Assembly: GCA_964432115.1 (NCBI GenBank)
Contig: CAYSMC010000023.1
Location: 1-63,463, forward strand
DNA from: an uncultured Pseudomonadales bacterium
GTDB taxonomy: Bacteria; Patescibacteriota; Microgenomatia; UBA1400; PJMF01
DNA length: 63,463 nucleotides
Direction: 5' to 3'
Shown here: positions 1 to 9,346 of the stretch, in pieces
How positions within the stretch are numbered: position 1 is the first letter of the stretch
How the letters are laid out: each line of letters opens with the position of its first letter
Notes under the pieces: generated by a model
Seen by the model: only the letters and a program-made list of their open reading frames with translations
Databases searched by the model: none
Told to the model about the DNA's origin: nothing
Made by a program: the position numbers and the translations under genes

Positions 1-37
1 TTTTTAAATAATATTTGCTAAAAATAAGGATTTTAGC

Positions 38-66
38 TTGACATAACGAATCATTTGAGTTTTAAT
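38..66 (+). promoter_or_regulatory. putative sigma70-type promoter for efp
   Basis: TTGACA (38-43), 17-nt spacer, TTTAAT (61-66); lies 23 nt before the efp ATG. Confidence 0.35.
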
Positions 67-89
67 AAGCCGATTGGAAACAGCAAGAT

Positions 90-656
90 ATGTCAACAGT
101 TAAAGCGGGTAATATCAAAAAGGGAACTTACATTCTTTATCGTAGTGCTCCTCACTATGTTCTAAATGTAAAATTTGTTTCCCCGGGCAAGGGTTCAGCC
201 TTTTCTAAAGTAAAAATGCGGGATATGCGGACTGGAGCCAATGTTGAATTTAATTTTAAATCTCATGACAACGTGGAAGAATTGGACATTCAAAGTAAAG
301 AAATGCAATTTTTGTATACATCGGGTGATGAAGTAATTTTTATGGATCCTCAAAGCTTTGAGCAAATACCTATTTCTGCCAAATTATTGACAGATCAGGT
401 GCAGATGCTTACTTCAGAAATTAAAGTCTATGTCATTTTTTATGAGGATCAAGTTTTAGGTGTTAGTTTGCCACCTAAAGTCAAACTGAAGGTTATAAAG
501 GTTGAAGAAGCAGTTGCTGGTGATCGGCAAACTGCTGGTAAAAAGCCAGTAATCATGGAAACCGGTTTGGTGGTCCAAGCTCCTTTGTTTATAAAAAAGG
601 ACGATATTTTATCAATTGATACGGCCACTGGTGATTACGTTTCTAGGGTTAATTAG
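90..656 (+). CDS. efp: translation elongation factor P
   Basis: 188 aa. N-terminus MSTVKAGNIKKG and the SPGKGSAF loop with Lys34 are typical of EF-P. ATG start. Confidence 0.95.
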   Translation: MSTVKAGNIKKGTYILYRSAPHYVLNVKFVSPGKGSAFSKVKMRDMRTGANVEFNFKSHDNVEELDIQSKEMQFLYTSGDEVIFMDPQSFEQIPISAKLLTDQVQMLTSEIKVYVIFYEDQVLGVSLPPKVKLKVIKVEEAVAGDRQTAGKKPVIMETGLVVQAPLFIKKDDILSIDTATGDYVSRVN

Positions 657-699
657 TTTTTTTTGGTATATAATAAACAACTGTTAATTAATTAAAAAT

Positions 700-773
700 G
701 GGTCCGTAGCTCAGTCGGTTAGAGCGACAGCCTTTTAAGCTGTGCGTCCCGGGTTCGAGTCCCGGCGGACTCA
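700..773 (+). tRNA. tRNA-Lys (anticodon UUU)
   Basis: Hand-folded cloverleaf. Acceptor GGGTCCG/CGGACTC, anticodon stem ACAGC/GCTGT with loop CTTTTAA, T-arm CCGGG-TTCGAGT-CCCGG, discriminator A. CCA is not encoded. Confidence 0.9.
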
Positions 774-787
774 CTTGTTTATTTTTC

Positions 788-816
788 TTGCACTCCACCC
801 CATTTCTGGTTATAAT
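788..816 (+). promoter_or_regulatory. sigma70-type promoter, leaderless-type geometry
   Basis: TTGCAC (788-793), exact 17-nt spacer, consensus TATAAT (811-816). Only 7 nt separate the -10 box from the ATG at 824. Confidence 0.5.
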
Positions 817-823
817 TTGAGTT

Positions 824-2653
824 ATGCCCACAGAAACACGTCTTTTATATATACTCAGCGATTTAGCTTATATTGCTAAATTAAATCCGACAAAAAAAGC
901 TCACGAATTTGCCATTAGCGATTTTCATCAACTTAATGGTCAATTTTTGGATGAAAATAGTTTGATTGATAAAAACATTAAAAAATTAGTTGACAAATTA
1001 GAAGCAGGCAGCTATCAATTAATTCTTCCAGATTTCTTGTTTACTAACACGATGGTGAATGTGGCAGTAAAAACTGAAGAAGAAGTTAAAGATTATTTAA
1101 AAGATCATTTGTTGCCAGATTTAAAAATTGATGCAGAAGATTTTTATGTCAATACTAGTATATTGAGTAATTACGGTGGAGCATTTAAAGTGCAGTTGAC
1201 TGCTCTAGAAAAAGGCGTGATTTTGCCTCTGGTTAAAGCTTTAAAAGATAATAGTAATGTAAAGATCACGGCTATTGCTCCATTGAGTTTTAGTATTAAA
1301 TCATTGATTAGTTTAGAACCGTCAGTGTCAATTTTGCAGATTAGTCGAGAACTTTATTTAGCTCAACACTATATTGGTGTTGATCAGTGCTTTAATACTT
1401 CAATTGATAATGCTGGTGATTTTGCTGAGACGGTAAAAACTCTTAAGGGTGTTGAGCCAAGCTTGCAAACACTGTATTTAGTAGCTGATGCGCTAGTTGA
1501 CAATAAAATTAAAGAAGTATTGACAGAAACTTTACCCGTTCAACAATTGGCTGAGCCAGCAGTAGAGGGAGACAAAATTCCTTCCTATATTAAAAAAATT
1601 ATTGAAGCAGCTGCGAAGACTTTTTCTGTTCCAGATTATTTATTACCTCAATTTGCTATTGATCAAGATTATAATAAAGAATTAATTCAGCAAAAAACAG
1701 AGGAAGACGAAGACGAAGCAAGTGTACTTAGCGCCAATATTACCAAACCAGTCATAATAGGCGCAGCGGAGGTTAAAAAACCCGAGCAGGAAAGTGAGGA
1801 TCAAATGAAAGATGAAGAGCAAAAAAAGAAAGCAGAAAACAAAGAAGAAACTCAAAAAAATAAACAAGATGAATCAAAACCTGATGATGGCAAAGAAGTA
1901 TTACCAGCACCGAAAAAAATTGATTTAAAAGAAGTTAATCAAGTAACTGATCAAGAAGTGCTAGCAGAAACAGCAACCACTGCTCCTCGCTCCCCTGAAA
2001 AAGAAGCTAAAAAAGCAGATTTGGAAGAAATTAATTTAACTCAGTTTACCAATTTAGCCGTTGACCCATCGGTGTTAAGCAAAAAAATAACAAAAAAAAC
2101 TAGCGATAAGGAGTCTAATATGTCTACCATAAAGCCAGTTATTAAAAATTCTTCAGAAGGCAGTGGAGTTTTGAAGATGATCATTATTGCTCTATCAAGC
2201 TTTGTGATTACCGTAGCTTTGGGAGTTGGTATTGGTTATGGAGTCTTACAGTTGACTAATAAACAGGTCCCTGAAGTTAATTTAACTGATGAAGCCACTG
2301 ACGTAGTGGAAGAACCAGAGCCAACTCCAGAACCAGAATTAGTTGAAATTAATAAAGAAGATTACCAATTATTAGTAGTGAACGCTACTACTAAGGCTGG
2401 TTATGCGGGTACTATTGCCGGTGATTTAGAAGAAGCTGGTTTTGTAGATGTTACTGCGAGGAATGCTAGTGGTGAATATGAAGAAGGTAACTATTTGTTG
2501 TTAAGCGATTTGGGCACAGAACAGGAAGCCAGCAACCAAGCATTACTTAAAGAGATTCAAGATATTACTCAACTTGATTGGCAATTATCAGATGAAATTG
2601 CGGTAGAAGATGTTGACGGTAGCTTTCAAGCCGTGTTAGTCTTAGCTCAATAG
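824..2653 (+). CDS. hypothetical bitopic membrane protein with C-terminal LytR_C-like domain
   Basis: 609 aa. Unassigned N-terminal ~270-aa domain, ~190-aa K/E/D-rich low-complexity linker, and one TM helix (MIIIALSSFVITVALGVGIGYGVL). The C-terminus (LLVVNATTKAGYAGTIAGDLEEAGFVDVTARNAS) resembles the LytR_C (PF13399) pattern. Confidence 0.7.
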   Translation: MPTETRLLYILSDLAYIAKLNPTKKAHEFAISDFHQLNGQFLDENSLIDKNIKKLVDKLEAGSYQLILPDFLFTNTMVNVAVKTEEEVKDYLKDHLLPDLKIDAEDFYVNTSILSNYGGAFKVQLTALEKGVILPLVKALKDNSNVKITAIAPLSFSIKSLISLEPSVSILQISRELYLAQHYIGVDQCFNTSIDNAGDFAETVKTLKGVEPSLQTLYLVADALVDNKIKEVLTETLPVQQLAEPAVEGDKIPSYIKKIIEAAAKTFSVPDYLLPQFAIDQDYNKELIQQKTEEDEDEASVLSANITKPVIIGAAEVKKPEQESEDQMKDEEQKKKAENKEETQKNKQDESKPDDGKEVLPAPKKIDLKEVNQVTDQEVLAETATTAPRSPEKEAKKADLEEINLTQFTNLAVDPSVLSKKITKKTSDKESNMSTIKPVIKNSSEGSGVLKMIIIALSSFVITVALGVGIGYGVLQLTNKQVPEVNLTDEATDVVEEPEPTPEPELVEINKEDYQLLVVNATTKAGYAGTIAGDLEEAGFVDVTARNASGEYEEGNYLLLSDLGTEQEASNQALLKEIQDITQLDWQLSDEIAVEDVDGSFQAVLVLAQ

Positions 2654-2673
2654 ACTTGATCAAATAATCAAGT
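2654..2673 (+). terminator. weak hairpin after the 824-2653 gene
   Basis: ACTTGAT-CAAATA-ATCAAGT: 7-bp stem and 6-nt loop, followed by only TT. Weak as an intrinsic terminator. Confidence 0.25.
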
Positions 2674-2681
2674 TTAGGGAC

Positions 2682-2709
2682 TTGCAAAGAAGAAAAAAAA
2701 CTTTATACT
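2682..2709 (+). promoter_or_regulatory. putative promoter for greA
   Basis: TTGCAA (2682-2687), 16-nt spacer, TATACT (2704-2709); 11 nt before the ATG at 2721. Confidence 0.4.
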
Positions 2710-2720
2710 TATGGCCTGTT

Positions 2721-3206
2721 ATGTCAAAACAAATCAAAGATAATCAAGACACAATTATTCTAACTGAAGAAGGCCTAGCTGATCTAAAAGCTGAATTAAA
2801 AGATCTCAAAGAAGTGCAGATGCCAAAAGTGGTTTCCAGAATTGCCAACGCTCGAGATCAAGGCGATTTAAGTGAAAACTCAGATTATCATTCGGCTCTA
2901 GATGAACAAGCCATGCTTAATGCTCGTATTGATCAGATTGAAAGTGTCATTGATAAGGCAAAAGTGGTGAAAGAACAATCTGGCCACTTGATTACTCTAG
3001 GTTCCAAAGTGAAATTAGAGTTGTTAACTAATAAAAAGAAATTTACCTATTCTTTGGTTGGTCAATATGAATCTGATCCTGAAGAAGGTAAAATTTCTAT
3101 AGAATCTCCAGTGGGTAAATCCCTTTTGGGAAAGAAAAAGGGAGATCGGGCTGTGGTGGAAACACCAACGGGGAAAATAGAATATTTAATTTTAAATGTC
3201 AGTTAA
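2721..3206 (+). CDS. greA: transcription elongation factor GreA
   Basis: The ORF track starts at TTG 2682. I prefer ATG 2721 (MSKQIKD...), which gives a typical 161-aa GreA. Coiled-coil tip motif GDLSENSDYHSALDEQ. Confidence 0.9.
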   Translation: MSKQIKDNQDTIILTEEGLADLKAELKDLKEVQMPKVVSRIANARDQGDLSENSDYHSALDEQAMLNARIDQIESVIDKAKVVKEQSGHLITLGSKVKLELLTNKKKFTYSLVGQYESDPEEGKISIESPVGKSLLGKKKGDRAVVETPTGKIEYLILNVS

Positions 3207-3230
3207 AAAAACAGAAACGAAATTAATTAA

Positions 3231-3252
3231 CCCCGCCGAGAGCGGGGTTTTT
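3231..3252 (+). terminator. intrinsic terminator after greA
   Basis: CCCCGC-CGAGA-GCGGGG hairpin followed by TTTTT. Confidence 0.8.
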
Positions 3253-3296
3253 AGTCTAGATAAAGCCAGATATTCGGGCTAAAATATGAAAGATTT

Positions 3297-4988
3297 ATGA
3301 AAAATCAAAACAACAACGAACAATCTCAACATTGGTTAGATCAGCTCGTGAATGAGATTTTGCTTTGGCAAAAAAAGGAAGCGATTAAAAAATTGCACGT
3401 TGATGATATGAAAACTCCCTCAGGCAGAGTGCACACTGGAGCTTTGAGAGGAGTTTTATTGCATGATTTTGTGGCGAAGATTCTCCAAGAGCATTTAACT
3501 CAACAAAAACAACAAACTTTAGCCAAAAACTTAGTGAGTACTTATGTGATTAATGACATGGATCCAATGGATGGTTTGCCACAATATTTGGATAAAAAAT
3601 TCTATTTAGAGCATATGGGAAAACCACTTTATCAAATTCCCGCTCCAGCACTTGATCGGTGTGGTATTGATTTAACAAAGATCACTAAACAAGAGAAAGA
3701 AGATTTAGTATTGGCTAGAAATTTTGCTGAATTTTATGCGAGAGATTTTATTCACGCTTTTCGTAAATTAGGTTGTGAACAAGAAATAGTGTGGAGTCAT
3801 GATTTGTATGAAAGTGGCCAGATGGATGAAGTCATTCGTTTATCATTAGACAAAGTTACTTTATTTAGAAAAATCTATAAAGAGATAGCTGATTACGATT
3901 TGCCTAAAAATTGGTATCCTTTTCAAGTAATTTGTCCGGTGTGTGGCAAAGTAGGTACTACTCTAGTTACTGATTGGGACGGACAAGAAGTGAGTTTTAG
4001 CTGTCAGGAAAATTTAGTAGATTGGGCTAAGGGTTGTGGTTATCAGGGTAAAATTAGCCCTTTTGCTGGCAATGGTAAATTATTGTGGAAGGTTGATTGG
4101 CCAGCCCATTGGCAAACACTGGGTGTAAGCATTGAAGGTGCGGGTAAAGATCATACTAGTGCTGGTGGTTCTAGAGATATGGCAAACGCCATTTGTCAAC
4201 AGGTTTTTAAGTTTAAAGCACCTTTTAACATTCCTTACGAGTGGATTTTGATTCGTGGTAGCAAAATGAGTTCAAGCAAGGGCATCGGCACTTCGGCGCG
4301 AGAGTTTACCGCTCTTTTCCCAGCTAATGTGGGGCGATTTTTGTTTGTCAATAAACATTATAGTCAAGTTATTGATTTTGATCCAACAACGATGGCTATC
4401 CCCGATTTGTTTGATGATTACGATCAGGCAGCGCGTATTTATTGGAAACAAGAGACAGGAGATCAACGTTTGGCTAGAGCCTTTGTTTTGTCTCAAGTGA
4501 CAGACAAGATTCCCGAGCCTCATTTTTTAGCCCGTTTTCGCGATTTAGCTCTCTGGGTGCAGTATCCTGAAAAAAATGTTATTGAAGAAGCCAGTAAAGT
4601 TAAAGGATCAGCCCTCAATGATTTGGAAAAAGCAACTATTAAGGAACGTTTAAATTATGTTGAATTGTGGTTAGATAAATATGCGCCTGAGGAATTTCAA
4701 TGGCGAGCTAAAAAAGATTTACCTGCTCTAGCTAAAGAACTCAGTCAAGAACAAAAGCTGTTTTTGTCAGAGTTAGAGGGTTTATTAGTTAGTAAAAAAT
4801 GGCAAGCGCCGGATTTACAACAAGCCATCTTTGATCTAGCTAAATCGAGTCTTGGTCCAAAACAAGGTTTCAGCGCAATTTATATGGTATTCTTGGGTAA
4901 AAAATCAGGACCGCGAGCAGCTTGGTTTTTATTAAATTTAGATTTACAATTTTTTCAAGAAAGGATTAAGGAAATTACTTGCGTTTAA
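3297..4988 (+). CDS. lysK: lysyl-tRNA synthetase, class I
   Basis: 563 aa. Class-I signature PSGRVHTGALRG (HIGH-like) and KMSSSKG (KMSKS). No class-II motifs. Confidence 0.85.
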   Translation: MKNQNNNEQSQHWLDQLVNEILLWQKKEAIKKLHVDDMKTPSGRVHTGALRGVLLHDFVAKILQEHLTQQKQQTLAKNLVSTYVINDMDPMDGLPQYLDKKFYLEHMGKPLYQIPAPALDRCGIDLTKITKQEKEDLVLARNFAEFYARDFIHAFRKLGCEQEIVWSHDLYESGQMDEVIRLSLDKVTLFRKIYKEIADYDLPKNWYPFQVICPVCGKVGTTLVTDWDGQEVSFSCQENLVDWAKGCGYQGKISPFAGNGKLLWKVDWPAHWQTLGVSIEGAGKDHTSAGGSRDMANAICQQVFKFKAPFNIPYEWILIRGSKMSSSKGIGTSAREFTALFPANVGRFLFVNKHYSQVIDFDPTTMAIPDLFDDYDQAARIYWKQETGDQRLARAFVLSQVTDKIPEPHFLARFRDLALWVQYPEKNVIEEASKVKGSALNDLEKATIKERLNYVELWLDKYAPEEFQWRAKKDLPALAKELSQEQKLFLSELEGLLVSKKWQAPDLQQAIFDLAKSSLGPKQGFSAIYMVFLGKKSGPRAAWFLLNLDLQFFQERIKEITCV

Positions 4989-5025
4989 ATAAATACAAAA
5001 TAATTAATCATTTGGAGACAAAACC

Positions 5026-6279
5026 ATGCTAGATATTAATTTTATCCGTCAACATCCACAAATAGTTAAAGAAGCTTGTTTAAATAAGCAATTGGATAGT
5101 TCCGTGGTTGATCAGTTATTATCTGTTGACGAAAAAAGACGTATATTACAAGTTAAAGTCGATGAATTGAGAAAAAAAAGTAATCAGAATGCACAAACAA
5201 TTAAAGAGGAACTAGCTCAAGGTCAAAAAGTAAGTCAAGAATTAGTTAAAAAAGGTAAAAAAATCAAAGGGGAATTAAAGACAATAGAGCCAGAATTAAG
5301 CGAATTAGAGAAAAAATTCGCCGAGTTAATGTTGGCTATCCCCAATATTCCTACTGATGATTCGCCGATTGGTAGTGATGAGAGTTTTAACAAAGTAGTG
5401 AGAGAAAAAGGTAAAATCCCGAATTTTAATTTTCCAGTTTTAGATCATCAACAATTAATGGAAAACCTCAATTGGTTGGATACGAAACGAGCAGTAAAAA
5501 TTGCTGGATTTAGGGCTTTTTTTCTTAAAAATGAAGGCTTACGTTTAGAAAGAGCTTTACTAAATTACGCTTTAGATTTAATGCGAGAAAAAGGTTTTGA
5601 ATTATTATCAGTGCCAACCCTAGTTAAAGCAGAAGCGATGGTGGGCACAGGCTATTTTCCTTGGGGAAAAGAAGATCATTATTACACTCAAGATGGCCAA
5701 ATTTTAGCAGGCACAGCTGAAGTAGCACTGACGGCTTATTATCAAAATGAATTATTGAGAGAAAAAGATTTGCCAATCAAACTTTGTGGTATTTCTCCTT
5801 GCTATCGTCGGGAAATAGGTGCTCATGGTAAAGATACAAAAGGCATTATTAGAGTGCATCAATTTAACAAAGTTGAACAAGTGGTATTGACCGTGGCAGA
5901 TGAGAAAAAAACTCGTCTTTGGCATGAAAAAATGTTAGGTTTTGCCGAAGAATTATTGAAAAAACTAGCTCTTCCCTATCGAGTCGTAGCAATGTCCACT
6001 GGTGACATGGGAGCCGGTCAACGTAAAAAATATGATCTTGAGACTTGGTTTCCCAGCCAAAAAACTTATCGAGAGACTCATAGTGCTAGTTATTTTAATG
6101 ATTTTCAAGCTCGAAGACTAAATATTCGTTACCAAGCTCAAGATGGCAGTATTAAATATGTTTATACACTCAACAATACTGTGGCTGCTTCGCCTCGTTT
6201 ATTGGCAGCCATCGTGGAAAATTACCAACAAAAGGATGCTACAATTAAGATTCCCAAAGTCTTAAAAAAATATTTATAA
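5026..6279 (+). CDS. serS: seryl-tRNA synthetase
   Basis: 417 aa. N-terminal coiled-coil arm and class-II core GISPCYRREIGAHGKDTKGIIRVHQFNKVEQ. GGAG Shine-Dalgarno 8 nt upstream. Confidence 0.95.
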   Translation: MLDINFIRQHPQIVKEACLNKQLDSSVVDQLLSVDEKRRILQVKVDELRKKSNQNAQTIKEELAQGQKVSQELVKKGKKIKGELKTIEPELSELEKKFAELMLAIPNIPTDDSPIGSDESFNKVVREKGKIPNFNFPVLDHQQLMENLNWLDTKRAVKIAGFRAFFLKNEGLRLERALLNYALDLMREKGFELLSVPTLVKAEAMVGTGYFPWGKEDHYYTQDGQILAGTAEVALTAYYQNELLREKDLPIKLCGISPCYRREIGAHGKDTKGIIRVHQFNKVEQVVLTVADEKKTRLWHEKMLGFAEELLKKLALPYRVVAMSTGDMGAGQRKKYDLETWFPSQKTYRETHSASYFNDFQARRLNIRYQAQDGSIKYVYTLNNTVAASPRLLAAIVENYQQKDATIKIPKVLKKYL

Positions 6280-6283
6280 AATT

Positions 6284-9200
6284 ATGTTTAAATTTATTAA
6301 ATCGCTTTTTGATGAAGAGCAAAAAAAACTAAAAAAGTATCAACTAGTGGTTGAACAGATTAACAATTTTGAGCCAAGTATGAAGGCGAAAACTGATAGT
6401 GATTTGGCTAAGCAAACAGATAAATTTAAAAAAATTATTGAGCAGTATCGAATAGAAATTGATCAAACTCTGGATCCTCACTCCTCAGCCCATAGTGAAG
6501 CTATTAAACTTAAAGAAGCAGAAGCGCTCGAAGCAATTTTGCCGGAAGCTTATGCGACAGTTCGCGAAGTATCGCGCCGATTAATTGGGATGCGACATTT
6601 TGATGTGCAGATGCAAGCTGGAGTGGCATTGCACCGGGGCAATATTACTGAACAAAAAACCGGTGAAGGTAAAACTCTCACGGTGACTGGTCCACTTTAT
6701 CTTAATGCTCTTTTAGGTCACGGCGTACATTTGGTGACTGTTAATGATTATCTGTCAGAAATTGGTGTAGGTTGGATGGGGCCGATTTATCATTTTTTGG
6801 GTTTAAAAACAGCAGTTATCGTTCACGATCACGCTCATTTATATGATCCAGCTGTTGACAGCGAAGAGCGAGGCGATGAACGTTTAGAGCACTTTGTGGA
6901 AATTAGTCGCCAAGAAGCTTATTTGGCTGATATTACTTATGGAACGAACAACGAATTTGGTTTTGATTATCTGCGTGACAATATGGTCAGAGATCTTAAT
7001 CAAATGGTTCAGCGTCAAATTAAACCTCATCATTTTGCCATAGTTGACGAAGCTGATTCAATTCTAATTGATGAAGCTCGTACTCCGCTAATTATTTCTG
7101 CTCCTGATACCGAACCCACCGATAAGTATTATAAATTTGCCAAAATGGTTCGCACCCTGGCTCAAGAACAAGACTATAAGCTTGATGAAAAAGCTAAAAC
7201 CGCGACCTTAACCGACCTGGGTATCAAACGTTTGGAGGCAAAATTGGGAGTGAGCAATCTTTATGAAGAAAATTTTGACACTATTCATCATATTGAAAAG
7301 GCACTCCAAGCTCAGTCTCTGTATCACAAAGACAAAGAATATATTGTAAAAGACAATCAAGTCATTATTGTTGATGAGCACACTGGTCGTTTAATGTTTG
7401 GCCGGCGCTATAGTGATGGTTTACATCAAGCCATTGAAGCTAAAGAAGGAGTAGCCATTCAACAAGAGTCTCGTACTCTGGCGACCATCTCTTTACAAAA
7501 TTATTTTAGAATGTATCAAAAATTATCGGGTATGACTGGTACAGCCCTCACCGAGTCAGAAGAATTTAATCAAATTTATCACACTGATGTTTTAGCTATT
7601 CCGACCAATGAGCCAGTGATTCGTCAAGATCGACCTGATCAAATTTATAAAAATACAGCGGCCAAATATTCCGCTATTGTCAAAGAAATAGAACGGATTA
7701 ATGAACTTGGTCAGCCAGTTTTAATTGGTACTCGCTCTATTGAACACAATCAGATTATCGCTAATTTCCTGCGTCGTAAAAAAATTGAACATCAGATTTT
7801 AAATGCTAAAAACCACGAAAAAGAAGCTTTTATTATTGCCGATGCTGGTAAAGAAGGAGCAATTACTGTGGCAACTAATATTGCTGGTCGCGGAGTGGAT
7901 ATTGTTTTGGGTGGAGCCAAACCAGAATTAAAAGATTTTCGAAAAAGTCGACTCAGTAAAAAGAAAAGTAAAGTGCCAGCTGCTTTTAAAGATTTGGATT
8001 TACCTAGCTCAATTAATCCTGCTAATTACAAGTTGAAGGAATATGCTCAAGCACTGCAGGACTGGAAAAAGGCTCACGACAAAGTGGTCGGGGTTGGTGG
8101 TTTAGCGATCATTGGTACTGAACGTCATGAATCTCGACGAATTGATAATCAGTTACGTGGTCGAGCAGGTAGACAAGGAGATCCGGGTAGTTCTCAATTT
8201 TTTGTGTCACTCGATGATGAAATCATGCGAATTTTTGGTGGTGAACAAATTGCTAAGGTAATGACTTTCTTACAAATTGAAGAACAGCAAGCCATTGAAA
8301 ATAGAATGGTGAGTAAAGCCATTGAATCAGCCCAAACCAAGGTTGAATCTTTCTTTTTTGATCAACGCAAACGTCTTGTTGATTTTGACGATGTGATGAA
8401 TAAACATCGGGAAATTATTTATGCCCGAAGACGTCGACTCTTGGAAGTGGCAACAGTTAGTATCAATAAATCTAACAGTGATGATCAATTGGCTAATCCC
8501 ATTGTTGACATGAGCGGTCAAGAAACCACTCTCAAAGAGCAAATTTTGGATTATATTAAACAGGAATTAAGTTTTTCTCTGACCAATCATTTGGCCTCAG
8601 AAAATCTAGATGCAAATAATTATGATGTGATTATTAAAGATTTTATTAAAATCATTCCTTTTGATGAAGCTTCTCAACAAAGACTTTATAAAAAAATTGT
8701 TAAAGAAAATGACCAAGAGCTTTTATTGGATCAATTAATGAAAGTGGTTAATCAAACCTACGAATTGAGAGAAGATAAAATTGGTGAAGCGCTGATGCGG
8801 GAATTAGAAAAATTTGTGATTTTATCGACCATAGATGAAAAGTGGATGGATCATCTGGATATGATTGAAGATTTACGTCAAGGCATTTGGTTGCGTGGTG
8901 ATAAAAATACAGTTTTATCTGAATATAAAAGAGAAGCTTTTAAAATGTTTGAGGATTTAATCATTAATATTCAGAGTACTGTAGCGGCTAGGATTTTTAG
9001 GATTCAACCGATAGTCCAACAAGCAACTATGCCTCAAAATATTCAATTAGGTAAAGTTGATTCCCAAGCAGCCAATTTAATGCAGGCTGTTAGTCAAGAT
9101 CCAAGTCAAAAAAGGGCTACTAGTTCTCAAATACATAAAACTGCAGGTGATAGCAATGATTTGGCTAGAATTTTGGCCGGAACAAACATTAATGCCAGCT

Positions 9201-9340
9201 CGCAAACAAATAAAACAACTCCAGTCAATAATCCCTCAGTGAAAGCTGAAAAAATTGGTCGCAATGATCCTTGCCCCTGTGGTTCTGGTTTAAAATATAA
9301 AAAATGTGGATTGATTAACGCTAAAGAACATAGAGCATAA
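6284..9340 (+). CDS. secA: preprotein translocase ATPase SecA
   Basis: 1018 aa. Motifs KTGEGKTL, FAIVDEADSILIDEARTPLIIS and TNIAGRGVDI. C-terminal zinc-binding CPCGSGLKYKKCG. Confidence 0.95.
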   Translation: MFKFIKSLFDEEQKKLKKYQLVVEQINNFEPSMKAKTDSDLAKQTDKFKKIIEQYRIEIDQTLDPHSSAHSEAIKLKEAEALEAILPEAYATVREVSRRLIGMRHFDVQMQAGVALHRGNITEQKTGEGKTLTVTGPLYLNALLGHGVHLVTVNDYLSEIGVGWMGPIYHFLGLKTAVIVHDHAHLYDPAVDSEERGDERLEHFVEISRQEAYLADITYGTNNEFGFDYLRDNMVRDLNQMVQRQIKPHHFAIVDEADSILIDEARTPLIISAPDTEPTDKYYKFAKMVRTLAQEQDYKLDEKAKTATLTDLGIKRLEAKLGVSNLYEENFDTIHHIEKALQAQSLYHKDKEYIVKDNQVIIVDEHTGRLMFGRRYSDGLHQAIEAKEGVAIQQESRTLATISLQNYFRMYQKLSGMTGTALTESEEFNQIYHTDVLAIPTNEPVIRQDRPDQIYKNTAAKYSAIVKEIERINELGQPVLIGTRSIEHNQIIANFLRRKKIEHQILNAKNHEKEAFIIADAGKEGAITVATNIAGRGVDIVLGGAKPELKDFRKSRLSKKKSKVPAAFKDLDLPSSINPANYKLKEYAQALQDWKKAHDKVVGVGGLAIIGTERHESRRIDNQLRGRAGRQGDPGSSQFFVSLDDEIMRIFGGEQIAKVMTFLQIEEQQAIENRMVSKAIESAQTKVESFFFDQRKRLVDFDDVMNKHREIIYARRRRLLEVATVSINKSNSDDQLANPIVDMSGQETTLKEQILDYIKQELSFSLTNHLASENLDANNYDVIIKDFIKIIPFDEASQQRLYKKIVKENDQELLLDQLMKVVNQTYELREDKIGEALMRELEKFVILSTIDEKWMDHLDMIEDLRQGIWLRGDKNTVLSEYKREAFKMFEDLIINIQSTVAARIFRIQPIVQQATMPQNIQLGKVDSQAANLMQAVSQDPSQKRATSSQIHKTAGDSNDLARILAGTNINASSQTNKTTPVNNPSVKAEKIGRNDPCPCGSGLKYKKCGLINAKEHRA

Positions 9341-9346
9341 TTAACT

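Noticed and set aside
1682-1867. A 61-aa minus-strand ORF (FFFVFCFLFLLF...).
   Set aside because: It mirrors the Lys/Glu-rich AAG/GAA low-complexity linker of the 824-2653 gene and is a compositional artefact.
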